Of a stretch of DNA of 64,000 nt, positions 13,088 through 25,952 are shown piece after piece. The notes beneath the pieces are model-generated. The model had not been told where the DNA came from. It did not search any database and saw only the letters and a program-made list of their open reading frames with translations. The stretch lies in the NCBI GenBank assembly GCA_964035575.1, contig OZ037841.1:310001-374000 (forward strand). The letters run 5' to 3'. Each line of letters starts with the position of its first letter. The stretch's first letter is position 1. The stretch comes from Rhynchopus sp. YZ270_cl-10. Taxonomy: Eukaryota. Position numbers and translations under genes: made by a program.

Positions 13088-15453
13088 TTAGAGTTTAAAA
13101 AAGGTTTTAATTTTTTTTTTTTTTGGAGAGACATGGGGGTGGGGTATACCTTGCTTCCGAGTCATTTTGTTTTTTGCTTTTTTTTGAAAACGTGGCTGTA
13201 TTATAGTATTGACACCCGAGGATGTGCTCCACTATCTCTCCACTAGCGTTTTTTTTGCGCATTTTTTTTTTTTCTTTTTGCTTTTTTTTAAATACCTGTT
13301 TACTTCAGCCACCCTCTCAGCGCTAATGGCTGTATTGTTCGGCTGTTTTTTTCGCTATCTCCTGCACACCCACATACATCATCCTGCCTCCCGACACACC
13401 CCCCCGCACACGTTGTGTATTTTCATATAGCAACATATTTTTAAAGACAAGGCCTTATCAAATCATCGAAAAAAGATCGGGTCTTTTGTTTGTGCGCTCA
13501 AAGCCGGGAAAACAAAAAGGTGAAAAAATGTGTTAAACTGAAGTACGGTTGTTGTGGTTAATTGAGTACTCAAAGAAAACAAGCAAGCTTCTGTTTTTTT
13601 CAATCCGTTTTGTTTGCCCTGCAGCGCTGCCTCCAATCTTTTTAGAATTGACAACAAGTTGTTTTATCAAAAAAAAGAGAGACGGGAAGCAAGATGAGCG
13701 TAGACCACCCTTTGCAAATAAGAGAACGTCTCTTGTAATCTTAGATGGACCTATAGCTATAAGCTTCACTGAGCGTAGCCCCCTTAAAAAACGAAGGTTT
13801 TGACTTGAAATACAAAGCCCTCTCGTGACAGTGCTCCTTCTTTGGTGTGTGACCAGACAACACTGTAGTTGGGTGGACCCTAAACCATAATTTCCCCCAT
13901 TTTCGAGATTAACAATCTTGAATACAAAACACACCAGTTGTTCGACGAAGTGAAATAGTGCAAACGCCTTTAATACGCAGTGCGCTCACAGAAATAAAAA
14001 AAACAAAAAAAAAAGGAAACCTTTAAAGATATACGCCGCGTACACATCTTAAAAAAGGCAGTTCTGGACGAAGAAAGGTTAATAAAGATGAACCGAAGCC
14101 CAGCTTGGTCACCTGCACCCTCGTAATAAACATACGATGCTACCTTTTGAAAGGCTAGGGTTTCGTCATTCGAACACATTTTTGACTTGAAATTTGACTC
14201 GAAATTCCTTAGTGATGGCTGTAATGTGATGATTGCCTATCATAATACACATCACAATACAGCCGTACCCTTTCCCCCCCCTCCCTTTGCCAATCAGCCG
14301 TGTTGGGGCGGGAGATGTGGCAAAAAAAATAAAAAAGTTTTTTTTTTATAAAGATGAACCAAAATCCGTTCATTAGCCACCTTTAAGGATGTTGTTATTG
14401 TGTACGTTCTTGTGGTACTTTCTTTGAAAGACACGCTACACCTCTTTCCCTAAGGGAAGAAGGCAAAAGAACAGCTTATAATATGAACCCGGTGTTCTCG
14501 CGCTTAGTCATTTAGTCAGTTTTAGCCAAAAATGATAAGCAAAGCAAAAACCCGTTAACCCGTATCCGTTTTCCCCCCAGACTAACAATAGAGAGACTGT
14601 ACAGCCTGAAAGGGTTCCATTAACCTGACGGAGTATAAAAAAAAGAGAAGTTGAAAAAGTGCAAAATGCCTCATTGTTCATCGACGCATAGGTTATCCAT
14701 GGGCATGTGGAACCCCAGAGAGTACCGTTCATTGGCCTGCACAAAAAAAGAAAAGGCTTTTTTTCAATATAAGACGTGCTTAGTCACCATCAAAACAACA
14801 AAAGAAAGTTGTCTTGAACAGGATGGGGAGGACAAAAAAAAAAAAAAATCACACTATTTTTTCTTCTTTTCCCCTTCAGAAATCGTAGGCCATAGACCTG
14901 ACTTCTTCCTATCACCCTTTTTGCCCATCAGACGGACAGAATACACACCCCCACCCATCCACGCGCCCCCCATCTTACTCACAGTGCGGGTGCGGGTTTG
15001 ACGACGTGCTGGCAACGGGAACAGACGTGGAGGCAGAATCAGGTTTGTCCTGTGAGAGTTTTTTTGGTGGTAGTTTTATTTTTGAATAATCAAGCATTGA
15101 CCAATATAAATGGAAAACGAGCCCGCTTGTAGCAGATTTGGGTTTTCACTAACACACACCACGCCACATTCATCAGTGAATTAACACAAATATTTTGCGG
15201 TGTGATAAACGAAAAAGTGCTTTCTTGTCGCTCTGCACTTCATGTCCAAGGCATGCGCCTCGACTTCCATTGGTTCGGCGGGACCGGCAGACGAACGGGT
15301 TGCTCGATATCTGGCGTCGGCAGGAAACTGGTGTCGCGCCTGCTTGTGATACGGCGACTGGCAGACGGGGACGCCGTGGGGGCGGGGTGCTGTCTCGGGA
15401 GCTCTTCGGTGCGCGGTTTCGCCGAGAACGCCATGCAGGCCACCGACAACGCA

Positions 15454-15812
15454 GATCTAGAACGTGGAAAGTGCCCCTGGTTGACTGGGCACGAGGTCTC
15501 GCAGCTCTTGACGATGGTACACCAAAGACCATACAATTGTTCACACCGTTCCTTACATTCCCAGCGAGGTGAACAGGTGGATTGGGCGGTGCCCAACAAC
15601 CACTGAGTGGTCGGCTACAGTGTTTAACACTACGCACACGAGTCTTCACTGGGTCATTGTTGTGACAGAGCCTCCGCCAAAGCGCGGGGAAGAAGGGGAC
15701 CACAAGCACGACAAGGTCGCCAAGCGGGCTGCGGCATGAAGTCAACGGAGGAAAGGGGGGAAACCACTGGACAGGCCCAGTCGTCGGCAATGACGGACGC
15801 ACAGCGGCGTTT
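15454..15812 (+). pseudogene. Possible degenerate clan-CE (Ulp1/adenain-like) cysteine protease fragment
   Basis: DLERGKCPWLTGHEVSQLLTMV, then after a frameshift VFNTTHTSLHWVIVV, then a disrupted Q/NDG-HS-GV-like segment near 15787-15812. Motif order resembles Ulp1-type proteases; matched by eye only. Confidence 0.3.
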
Positions 15813-16013
15813 AGATCTTCCTCTCTTTTTCTATAAATATTCACACCTCCGGTTCGCCCGAAGAACCTATGGTCAGCGAGATTCGCAGACCCAAAGGTTC
15901 TTCGGACGAACCGGTTCACGTGGGTGCACGACGGGAGTGGCCGTGGATGGGAGTGGATCAACACCCGATCCCTACTACTAATAGACGTAGAGGAAGCTCA
16001 ATTCTAGGAGGTT

Positions 16014-18127
16014 TTATTCAAGTCTTTTTGATAGGTTTTGGTCATATACCTGGCTCTTCTCCTTGGCGTTCTCCAGCGACCGTGCGAGGTTTTCGTACGC
16101 CTTAGCCATCTCGGTGTGGAAGCTCTGGTAAGCCGTTGCCTCAGCCAGCGACGGAGCATTGGGCACAGACGGTGCTGCTGCCGCTGGGTGTGCGTGGGGC
16201 TGTATAAAAAGAAAGTGAAGTTGATGTTGTAGACTAAGAGGTGTACATGGATTGTGATTAGAAACAAAAGCAAGTCAACGATTCATCTCGTTGGTCGATT
16301 TCGCTCACTGAAAATTCGCCTCATTTGCGCCGAAGTTCAGCGTGTTTGCATTGCTCACAAAGAAAAAAACAGATGAAAAGCTTTTGTGGGCTGAAGCCCT
16401 ATGAGCCTCACCACTTGATCACAATGGTCATCGTACTCTTCAGCTCTGCTTTTAAAAAACACACACCTGGAAGAGCAGGTTGTGCAGGGAAGGGTGCATC
16501 ATGGTGGCCGACACATGCACTGCACTTGCGCCTGCAGATGACGACGACGACGACGACGTGGCTGTCTGTCCCGCCACGTGGGGCGGTGCATTACTGAACC
16601 CCCCAACCGGCCACGTGTCATGATTCGGTGCAGTCTCGAATGCCTGGCAGTACAGACTGTACGCTTCCTGTGGTGATAAAGTCGGGGTAGGGGAGAACAA
16701 GGAAGTCTTCAAAAACGCAAAATTGCGTCAACAAAGAGAGTAAAAAGGGTGCAAACCTGTAGCTCAGTTTCGGAAGACACTGCTGCTGCCCCCCGCTCAG
16801 GTACGGCACCAACGCCAGCACCATCCACACCAGTAGCAGTAGCTGCGCCAGGCGCAGCAGCGTCCCCGGCAGCACCGCCCGCAGGCACACCAGCACCAGC
16901 AACACCCGCTTCCCCACCAGCCGCACCCTCCTCACCCCCCTCCCGCCCGGCCGCATCACGCGCCGCAGCAGCAGCAGCCCTCTCCTCTCTTGCCTGCAGA
17001 TTCGCTGCAGTGTTCCCAATACTTTGTCGGCAGTACGGACAGCTGTAGAAAAAAATATCACAAAACCCTCAAAAAACTGGCCAAAAATGATCACTCACAA
17101 CCAAACCTTGACACCTCAACCATTTTCTTCCAATTTATTTCACATAAAATACATACGTTGTCTGCCGTTCCAACCACTGCCGAAGGCAATGCCTGTGGAA
17201 GATGTGTCCACAGTGCAGCTTCTTTGCCTCACCTACGGGCATCTCATCGATGCAGATACTGCAGTTCGGGTCCTGCGCCACCTCTTCCTCTGTAGCGTCG
17301 GGGAACTGCAGGTCCAGGTTCGCTGCCAGGTTTCTGTAGTTCATGAAGTTGCGTATCGTTCTGTAGAGATTCCGAATGGTCACGAACATTTCCCTCAGCA
17401 GGTTGATCGGCAGCCCGTGGTGCATGTAGATCGTTGCAAAGAACCCAATGTAGATGAGACACTGCAACAAATCCGTGACAATCTGCAAATAGAAGCGAGC
17501 ATCGCCAATGTACTCCCACCGGGTCTGCCTTCTTGCGTCGAAGAGATGTAATAGTAGGCGCGCCAAACTGGACATGGCCATGAGCGTCATGACCATGAAT
17601 TCTTGGAGAAGCAGAAGTTTTACGCTGAGCCCATGCGTTAGCATTTCTTCTGCAAGGGAACGCCCCGCAGCGCTGTCCACAGCAACGAGAAGAGCGACGA
17701 AAATGGCAAGTCTGGCCTGTCCAGTACCTATGGCGGGGGTTTGTTCGATAAACTCAAGCCGGCTTTGTGCGAGCCAATGAAACACCTTCCAAAAAATGCA
17801 CATGACAAACAGGGCAACCGTCTTGATGGTGTACCGCTCCCCAAAGACCGTCAACGCGAGGAAGAGCTCCATCAGGTAGTACGCTGAGTTTTCCATGACC
17901 TTCTCGACCTCTTGGTCTCGGAGTGCTCCGAGGAAGACAAACTTGACGACCTTGAAGGCCGACACAATCACGACCGCAAAGCTGTTGGTCATGAGCACGT
18001 TGAACAGGCGCGACTGGGACAGCGACACCATAGAAGGGTAGAACTGTCGGTGCGAGTGGAAGGTGGTTCCCACCACAGACAGAAACACGCCCAGGGACAT
18101 CAGGCTGTATAGTGTGAAGCGCTTCAT
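16014..18127 (-). CDS. HRD1: HRD1/synoviolin-type ERAD E3 ubiquitin ligase, 4 exons: 18127-17157, 17042-16757, 16667-16467, 16199-16014 (~547 aa)
   Basis: N-terminal multi-TM region (QFYPSMV, FLGALRDQEVE, KVFHWLAQSR, GLPINLLRE). RING-H2 CSICIDEM...KKLHCGHIFHRHCLRQWLERQTT is completed by CPYCR after splicing intron 17156-17043. Later GT-AG junctions preserve frame; the 3' end is less certain. Confidence 0.88.
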
Positions 18128-18344
18128 TTTGTGTGTGGGGGTGCTCCTTGGGGGCACCCGCCCGTCCTGAATGGTGGTGTTTAAAAAGTTGATAAGATGA
18201 ACCTAAGCTCTTTAAAAAAGCACAATAATGTCAATAATGGTGATGTTTTGTTTTGGAGTGGTAAGGGAAGACGTCTCGGGTGCAGAAATTACTTACAGCC
18301 CGAGGGGAGGGTTGTTTAGCGGAGGGTGCGGACACGGGCAGGAA

Positions 18345-18580
18345 GTAAAGACTTTCCACCACCTTCAAGGAGACAGTAGCTGTCTCTTTCACGGCCATTG
18401 CAGACGCTAAGAAATGAGGTGACGGAGCGCTTACGAACTGACTCATCGCTCAGGGACTTCACGGCAGATGAAAAATTCCCAACATTTGACCTACACCTGG
18501 CAGGTATGGAACGCAACCGCAGCCCCAAGGTAATCAACTTTGCATGCAGGCAGCCGCCGAGATTGCTGTGGTGCTGTGGT
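18345..18580 (+). pseudogene. Frameshifted OTU-like deubiquitinase domain relic
   Basis: Three frames give GDSSCLFH (Cys loop), LRNEVTERLRTDSSLRDFTADEKFPTFDLHLAGMERN, and QGNQLCMQAAAE (cf. WGDHxTLQAAAD-type motif), in correct OTU order. Confidence 0.5.
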
Positions 18581-18688
18581 GGGAATGTCCTGCAGAAGGA
18601 TTGGATTTTTTGGTCAAAAAAAATAGAGCCCCTTTTTTTCTTGCGTTTAGTTTCGTTCATTTTTTTTGTGGGGGGGAGGGGCAGTCTG

Positions 18689-19168
18689 CAGACTAAGGAT
18701 TGGGGGGTCGGGTAAGTAATTAATTAAATGGCTAGTCTGCACGGGGTTTCGTAACCAACAATACAGGCGAAAACGCCGTTATTTGCATTTTTGAGCCAAT
18801 CCCAGTCAGTGGTGGGGTCAATCTGGAAAAATGGACAAAATTTTAATGACTTAAATTTTGGACAATATGAGCCCGGTCACTAATAGCTGGGGCCGATTTT
18901 CGGCCAAAAATTTCCTCAAAATCCGGGTTTGTAATATTGACTTCACCTTCGGTTACCCTACAGCGGGGGGTGAAGGAAGGTTGTGGAAAAGGGTCCTTAT
19001 TTGCATTTTTGGGATCCGCCCGTGCAGTGGTGGGGTCAATCTCGAAAATTGGACAATTTTTTGACCACTTAAATTTTGAAAAATATGAGCCCGGTCACTA
19101 ATACGTGGGGCCATTTTTCAAAAATATCGGGGTGGTATGGTAAGTAATTAAATGAAAAAATTAGTCTG
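18689..19168. mobile_element. 480-bp TIR element with 8-bp TIRs (CAGACTAA/TTAGTCTG) and 7-bp TSD (CAGTCTG)
   Basis: CAGTCTG at 18682-18688 and 19169-19175. Internal ~115-bp direct repeat (starts ~18779 and ~18997); GGTAAGTAATTAA...TAGTCTGCA occurs near both ends. Confidence 0.65.
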
Positions 19169-19462
19169 CAGTCTGGGGAGGGGGGTGAAGGAAGGTGCTT
19201 GCATATTAGGGGAGGGGGGTGTTAGGGGGTTGAGGGTTTGGTGCTCGCTCGCACTCCCCCATTTTTTTTTTTTTTGGTTTTTTTTTTTTTTTTGAAAAAA
19301 GAAAATGGAGAGAAAAATGAAAAACTGAATGTGTCTTCTCTGTACACACTGATCAAAAACAAGGGGGGAGTGTTTTTGAGCTCAAGGTAAAAAAAAAGGT
19401 GTTGAACCTGTTTTTACAAAACGGTGTGGAACTAGAATTTTTCACAAAAAAAAAAAGTTTGT

Positions 19463-19496
19463 AAGATGAACCTAAGACTCTCGCGCTTAGTCACCT
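19463..19496 (-). repeat. Dispersed short hairpin repeat family A (~35 bp), representative copy
   Basis: Plus-strand consensus AAGATGAACCTAAGCCTCTCGTGCTTAGTCACCT. Copies or partials near 2688, 14085, 14351, 14483, 14771, 18194, 19463, 20387, 25155, 31332, 34246, 55545, 56846, 57541, 60717, 61017, 62221, 62957; all in one orientation. Confidence 0.85.
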
Positions 19497-21110
19497 AATT
19501 TTGTCACACAGTACGTGATATTATGCGAGCACAGTGTGACGTGGATGCGTGAAGGATAATATCCCACCAACAATCCTGGTGCAATGGACCGGAGGCCCTG
19601 TGAGGAGGAGATGGCAGAATGCGAATATTGGGTTCAGGACCTCCGAAGATCTTTTGCAGAGACAATGTAGCTTGTTAATGGCTGCGGTGGGGTGGCATGT
19701 GCTCTGGTAGAATTGTGTTATGAGACATACCATGTGGAATCTCTTCGTTACACACACTTTAAAATAGAGAAAAAATGTACGATGAACCTAGATGTCTCAC
19801 CAAAGAAATTAGACTTGAAAAATACAAAGAAAAAATGCTCAAGAGGCTCGGGACTCTTTGGTTATTACTCAAAAGGCTAAAATATAAAAATGAAATCTCT
19901 GCTCGCGTGCCTTAAAGAAAACTTGCAAGATGAATGTGTCGCTCACGGACACATTAAAAAAAAATGTAGAAATGAACTTGAAAGATGAACTAAGGAAACT
20001 TCATTGACACCCACCCGCTCTACGGAAACGTTTTATGAATAAAGGAAAGGAAAAGATGAAAGTGCAAAAACGCCCCACCGTTCCTCGGCGGACGCAGTGC
20101 ACTGGTTCTCCGCTTGGTTATCGAACCCCTCCAGAGAGCACCTCATCTGAAGTCTTAAAACAAACGTTTTTGCGAAATAACTGTGGTGCAGCCGAGTCCA
20201 AAAAAAGACCACTTTGTGAGGGTGCCTTTTTTGGCTTTTTCCAACCACACCTAATAATATAAGATAAAATGTATCGCTCCACAGTGTACCGACCATACTA
20301 GCAATTCTTGCAGGAAGGTATACACATCGTGGCTATATTTTGAACACTATGGGATTTGCTATGAAAAAAAAAAGGACTGCGAATGTAAGATGACCTCTAA
20401 GCCTCGCGGGTTTTGTTACCTAAAAAGGTGAAGGGGCGAAGGAAGGAACTCAAAATACAGAAAAAATGGTCCCCGAAAATGTTTCAAGAAAACGCGTTCA
20501 GAGAAACTACTTATCCGGGGAAGAAAAATTTATATAAAGAAAGGGAATGTGTCACATGCTTCTCTGATGCGCATATCACATAAGGGTAAGCTCGTTGGGT
20601 AAGTGGGCCGCGAGCCCACCCAAGGTAAAGCGAATAGGAGTAAAGTGGATAGTGCAAGAAGTCTCTAGGGCAATGCAGCTGACACTCCCTTTTGCAGTGC
20701 TGTAAGAAAACGTATTCTTAACGTATTCTTACAGCACTGCCCGTTTGGGGTTGTCGAACCCCCAGAGTGTTTCATCACGACAGAGAAACTGTAAACAGGC
20801 AAACAGATCATTTTTCCCGAACCTGATTTTCGGAAGGAGGATTACATGATTATAATTAAGACTCAATAAAGGAAATTGCCACACTATTTCTGCGTCTGCA
20901 GAACCCAATGAGCGTAGGGTAAATGCAATGCACAATGCATACAGAAATGTGCTGAAAATGAAAGCGTTAAAATTCATATTTTTTTCTCTTTCAATTCAGG
21001 AGAATGTAGAGCATTTTTGAGCGATCCAAGGCGGTAAAAATAAGAGAAGATTGAAAACATGAATATGCCATTGAACCCTATGTGGACATCATGACATCTA
21101 AAAATGCGCA

Positions 21111-21861
21111 CAGTGTTTCCCACGGTGAGATTTTGGGGTGAGAAATCTCACAAAAAAAAAAAAAAAAAAAAAGTGAGGTGAGAAATCTCACCTGCGGGGA
21201 AAAAAAAAAATCATGAAAAAAAAAAATCATGGTTGAACCACGGGAGTACCATGGAACTGGGTTGCTGACCGCACCATCCAGGCTGTACCTCAATTTTTTT
21301 TTGCCTGCGGCGCCATTTTCCCTTTTTTGCTCCGCAAAAAAGGGTTGGGTGTGTGACTATGTGCTGTAAAAAGATAGATTTTTACACTGTACCCTAATTT
21401 TTTTTCGCCTGCGGCGCCATTTGTTTGATTTTTTTTTTGCTCCGCAAAAATCCCTATGTTCCCAATGTCCCTGGTCAGCAGTGCTGAAAAAATTTTGGGC
21501 ACAAAAACAAGCTGACCCCCCAATCTTCCAACGACAGTGACATTTATGTCAACAATTTTTAGAAATGTCGCGTACCGTGGCTTCGCTTGGGTGCCATGCC
21601 TGCCATGACTGCCGTTTATTTTTAATTTTGTAAATGTACTGAGTTTACTGATAATTCGTATACCACGTGTGCCTGGTGCAAATATCAATGAAGTGCCGAA
21701 CTCCGAGAAATTCTCACATTCCGCCGGAGGCCCCCAACTTGAGCTAAGGTGGGGACCCGGGCGCGCGAAGCGCGCCCGGGCTCGCCACACCTATGCAAAA
21801 ACCCGCAAAACCGCAAAATCTCACCTATTTTCAGAGTTAGGTGAGATGCTGGGAAACACTG
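21111..21861. mobile_element. Non-autonomous hAT-like element (751 bp), 12-bp TIRs, 8-bp TSD
   Basis: CAGTGTTTCCCA ... TGGGAAACACTG; AATGCGCA at 21103-21110 and 21862-21869; subterminal GGTGAGA/TCTCACC repeats. Confidence 0.85.
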
Positions 21862-21866
21862 AATGC

Positions 21867-21906
<40 letters not shown>

Positions 21907-24752
21907 TCTTCCCTGCATGATTCCTTATGACGTATCTATCTCGCGTCACACTGACGGCTCGCATATCACAAATTAAAGATGTTGTATTTAGGGAGGGGGG
22001 GGTTTTTTTTAAAGTGACGTTGACAACGCAGCTGCCGTCTGGGACGCTATGGGAAGCTCACCACTTAGTGACCTCAAAAAAAAAAATAAAAGGGAAAAAT
22101 GAAGAACGGAGAGAGGGGTGTGGGGTGTTTTCGTTCTACAGGGGGGGTTTATTTTTTCTGTCGTTGGGGGTATGTTTTTTTATTCAGTTATTCGACGAAA
22201 GAAATATCGCAGTAGTGGGGGGGGGGGGGGGGGGGGTTTCTGGTAACGCCATCATTTTGAAAAAGAATGGCAAACCTGGGGTTTTTTTTGACTCTCTTTT
22301 GCTCCCTAAGAAAGTTTCGTTGAAAGAATTAATTCGCTGTTTTTGTTCTGTCGACAATCGCCTAAGAACCCACTTGGGGCTAATAGGGTCTGTACTCAAT
22401 GTTGTTTTTTTTTTTTTTTTTAAATATTTTTGTGTATCGATAATCACCCACCAAAAGGTGGGTTCTGACCACTAAATCAGGAAACGGCGGTTTTCTTTGC
22501 ATTTTTTTTCGTGCTCATTTTCTGGGAGAAAACCAACACAGAACAAGGTCATGCTCTTGCAGCTAGCTGCCTTTGCATGTGGTGCCTAGTTCCATTAATT
22601 TTTTTTTCGGCAATGTGGGTGGGGTTTTGATTTTTTTTTTTTTGGAAGTCAGAAAAAAAATATGAAGTCGCCAACGTTTTTTTGTGCATCTCTAATGAAG
22701 GAGCTGCCTGGACAACACATATGACGAATCTATTGGTGAAAATAAGACCAAAAAAAAAAAAAATTAACTATTGTATTCGAGTGAAATAATAACCATTTTA
22801 TTTTCACGCCACGAAAAAGGCTCCTGCGTATGCTATTTCCCGAGCAGCGAGGGAAATAAGAGAGTTGCGAGGGTTCCTTTTTCGTGGCAAGTGCAAGAAA
22901 ATGTTCTTATTTCCTCAATATGCAATTTTATGTGACAAGTGAAAACCGTATCCATGTTCATAACTGGCCTAAACGTTGAGCCCAGCACCCACTTTACACC
23001 CACACGGCCTCGGTGCAAGGAGCTTTGAATCTGACGGCAGCTGCTGTACGTGAGGCCAGTTATGAACATAAAACATTTTTTTTTTTCACGCGTCACATAA
23101 AAACAATGTGAAGTTGATAGTGCAAAACGCCTCTGGGACGCAGACACCGAAATAACACAACAACTTCAACGGAAACCGTTCGTACGATAACACTTGAAAA
23201 GAGAGTAGTCTATTGCTCAGGGGTTTGGAAACCCCGTTCTGCAAAGGATGTGACCCTTCTCAACAGTTTTTTTTACGGCTTACCCCCCCAACCTCCGTGG
23301 GAGAGAACAGCCCCAGAGAGAATGAAAAAACCAAGTATTGTGACACACAGTCTAACCAGCAGGGTTTTTGGTGATTTTCACCATCGTGTCTTCTCTGTTT
23401 TGCCCTTTAAGGAGCTCACGCAAACGTGATGACTCCAGGCTGGGACGAACCCATAAAAGGGGTCTTGCTGTGTACAATGACACTAAGACCTAGATATGCA
23501 TCACAACCAAACCTTTCACAAGAGAGAGGTTGCTACACACAGCACATCAAATTGAAGTTAACAGCAAAAAAAAAAGCCATTCCCTGCGATTTTTGGGTGA
23601 AAAATCGCACATTTTTTTTTTTTTCCATTTTTTTTTTTTTAAATTTTCCTGCGCTCCGCAAAAAAAAGGGTTCGTCGAATGACTTTTCTATACAGTTAGC
23701 GAACCACGGAGAGGGAGGGATGCGATCAACTGTGGTCGATACTTGGATGATCACTGTAAGGGACCGAATGTGGGGGAGGTGATTTCATGCGATTGGGAGG
23801 GGGAAAATTATTTTTTTTATGTTGTCATAGACAAGAAGTGGTCGGTAATACCACTTCGAGTCAATTTTTTTGTAACAGATTTTGAAAGCGCTTTTCGCTC
23901 ACATTTCCGCGAAATACATAAAATAGATCAGGAGGAGGGGGGGGAAAAGAAAAGTGAATGTGTCTTCGCATCGTCGAAAAAATAAAGGATATTTGGTAAA
24001 GAGTGTGAAGAACGGCAGGAAATTAAAGGGGAAAAAATCATGACAGATGCATTCAATAAATTGATAGCATAGGTATAGGGATCAAAAAATGCTCCCATCT
24101 TGTTGTCATGTATGTTTTGTTTCATATACTAACTATTCTACATAGAAGGTTTTGCAAAACGTGAAAAAAGGGAAAAGTAAATGTTTCATGCAACACAAAA
24201 ATTGAACCCTTCAGTAGATCGGTTTCTGACATTAACCCTGTTTCAGTTTTAAGAATCATACAGGTGGACATCTTTAGTGATTTCCCTTTATATGGTAGGG
24301 TGAATGTCGTGAAAGTGTGAACATTTGGTTACCTTCTACTTCAGTTTTTTTTTTTAGAGGGAACACATAAAATACAAGTTTTTGGTTGCTCCTGGCGACC
24401 CCATATTGCGTACTTAGTGCGTAGTTGGTGCGTACTTGGTTTTTTGGATTTCTGGGGTACCAGTTTCCCCCCTCCCTTTTTCCTTTCTCTAGAGGAAAAC
24501 AAGGAATCAAGAACCTAAGGATCTCAACTCTTTTTTGCGTATCTCATTTTTTTCTTTTTCGCAATCATCGGAGAAAAAAAGGTCTTTGTGCACTCAAAGT
24601 CGGGGAAACAAAAACGGTCAAAAGTTGTAAACTGCAGATGGTTGTTGTGGGTTGCAAGCAGCAAAGTATTTTTGTTTTAAAAGAAAGAAAACTTGAAAGA
24701 TAAACAATGCCTACCAAGGTGATAGGGGATGGGTGGGGGAAATAAGAGAGGG

Positions 24753-24811
24753 GATGGAGATGGAGATGGAGATGGAGATGGAGATGGAGATGGAGATGGA
24801 GATGGAGATGG
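24753..24811. repeat. (GATGGA)n microsatellite, about 10 copies
   Basis: Directly visible. Confidence 0.9.
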
Positions 24812-25312
24812 GAAACTGATAAATTATAGTTTTGTTGCTCTTCGTCGGGCAAAGATCAACACCATGCACATAGATATAAAACGCAGCAATACTGACAAAA
24901 ATTATGTCCGTTTTTTTTTTTTTTGAAAAATTGGAATAGTGTAGTTGCCATTTGTGCAAGCTCCACTGTCCCTAAATAAAGTCACTCACGTAAAAAAATA
25001 CAAAAAAAAGCCCCCCCTTTTTATTATGTGACCGGCTATTTCGCGAAGGTGTTTCCACTGTTATACACGGTATTTTATGAGACATAAAAAAAAGTTTGGC
25101 TTGAAATACAACCGCCTTCTCGTGACAGTGTACCTCAAAAAAAAAAAAGGTTAAAAGATGACCCGAAGCCTCTCGTGCTTCGTCACCTTTGGAAGAAAAG
25201 AGAGAATTGGTGCTTCGGGAGGGGTCGATATTGACAGGTCACCGACAGGTCGTGACACGTCGCTGACAGGTCGTTGACCGACTTCCGAAAGCACCAAGAA
25301 TGATTTTTTTTT

Positions 25313-25360
25313 TGAAAACTTGGTTGTATTAGTGTAGACGCCCGAGGATGAACTCCACTA
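25313..25360 (-). repeat. Dispersed short hairpin repeat family C (~48 bp, usually A-tailed on minus strand), representative copy
   Basis: Plus-strand consensus (T)nGAAAACTTGGTTGTATTAGTGTAGACACCCGAGGATGARCTCCACTA. Copies near 13185, 25313, 51878, 52705 (partial), 52756, 56544, 62162, 63416; all in one orientation. Confidence 0.85.
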
Positions 25361-25952
25361 TACATATAAACGCTGTTAAGTAACCGCTTTTTTTTGTTGT
25401 CACACTCTCTCTTCTCCCCCCCTGCGTTTTGCAGTGTTTTCTTTCAGTTCACAAAAGGAAGCAAGGTTACACAAAAAAATATTCAAAAAAAAAAGGGGGG
25501 GTTATGCGTGCACCTTCCCACCCGTCTGGTTGTATTGCATATTCTGGTCTGCTCTAGATCATCAGAAACAACAAATACGCAAAACAAAAAAAAGCGGTTG
25601 TCGTGTGTTTTATTGTTCTTGATGATAAACAACACGACAAGACAATGCAATACAACCATCATGACCTTTCCTCCCTATTCCCCCCTCCCCCCAAAAAAAG
25701 AACAAAAAAATAAAAAGCTGAACTACTCAACCATGTAGCAGCTTTTTGTCAATTCCCCTCCAAACACCCCATTTTAACAAAGTAACCCACTGTAGGGTGT
25801 TCAATTAACTTTAGATTTATTTTCTTGCATTTATTTGTTTATCGTTTATGTTTTTTTGTTTTGTTTTGTTTTGGTTTGTTTATTTTATTTTTTTGGATTT
25901 GTTTTGTTTTTATCCCCTTCCCCTTCCCCTCCCCTCCCCCCATAATCCCTTT

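Noticed and set aside
19463..19496. Hairpin families as H/ACA-like (AGA-box) snoRNAs or SECIS elements
   Set aside because: Hairpins are too short, I see no consistent AGA/ACA box or GA quartet, and copies decay like dispersed repeats.
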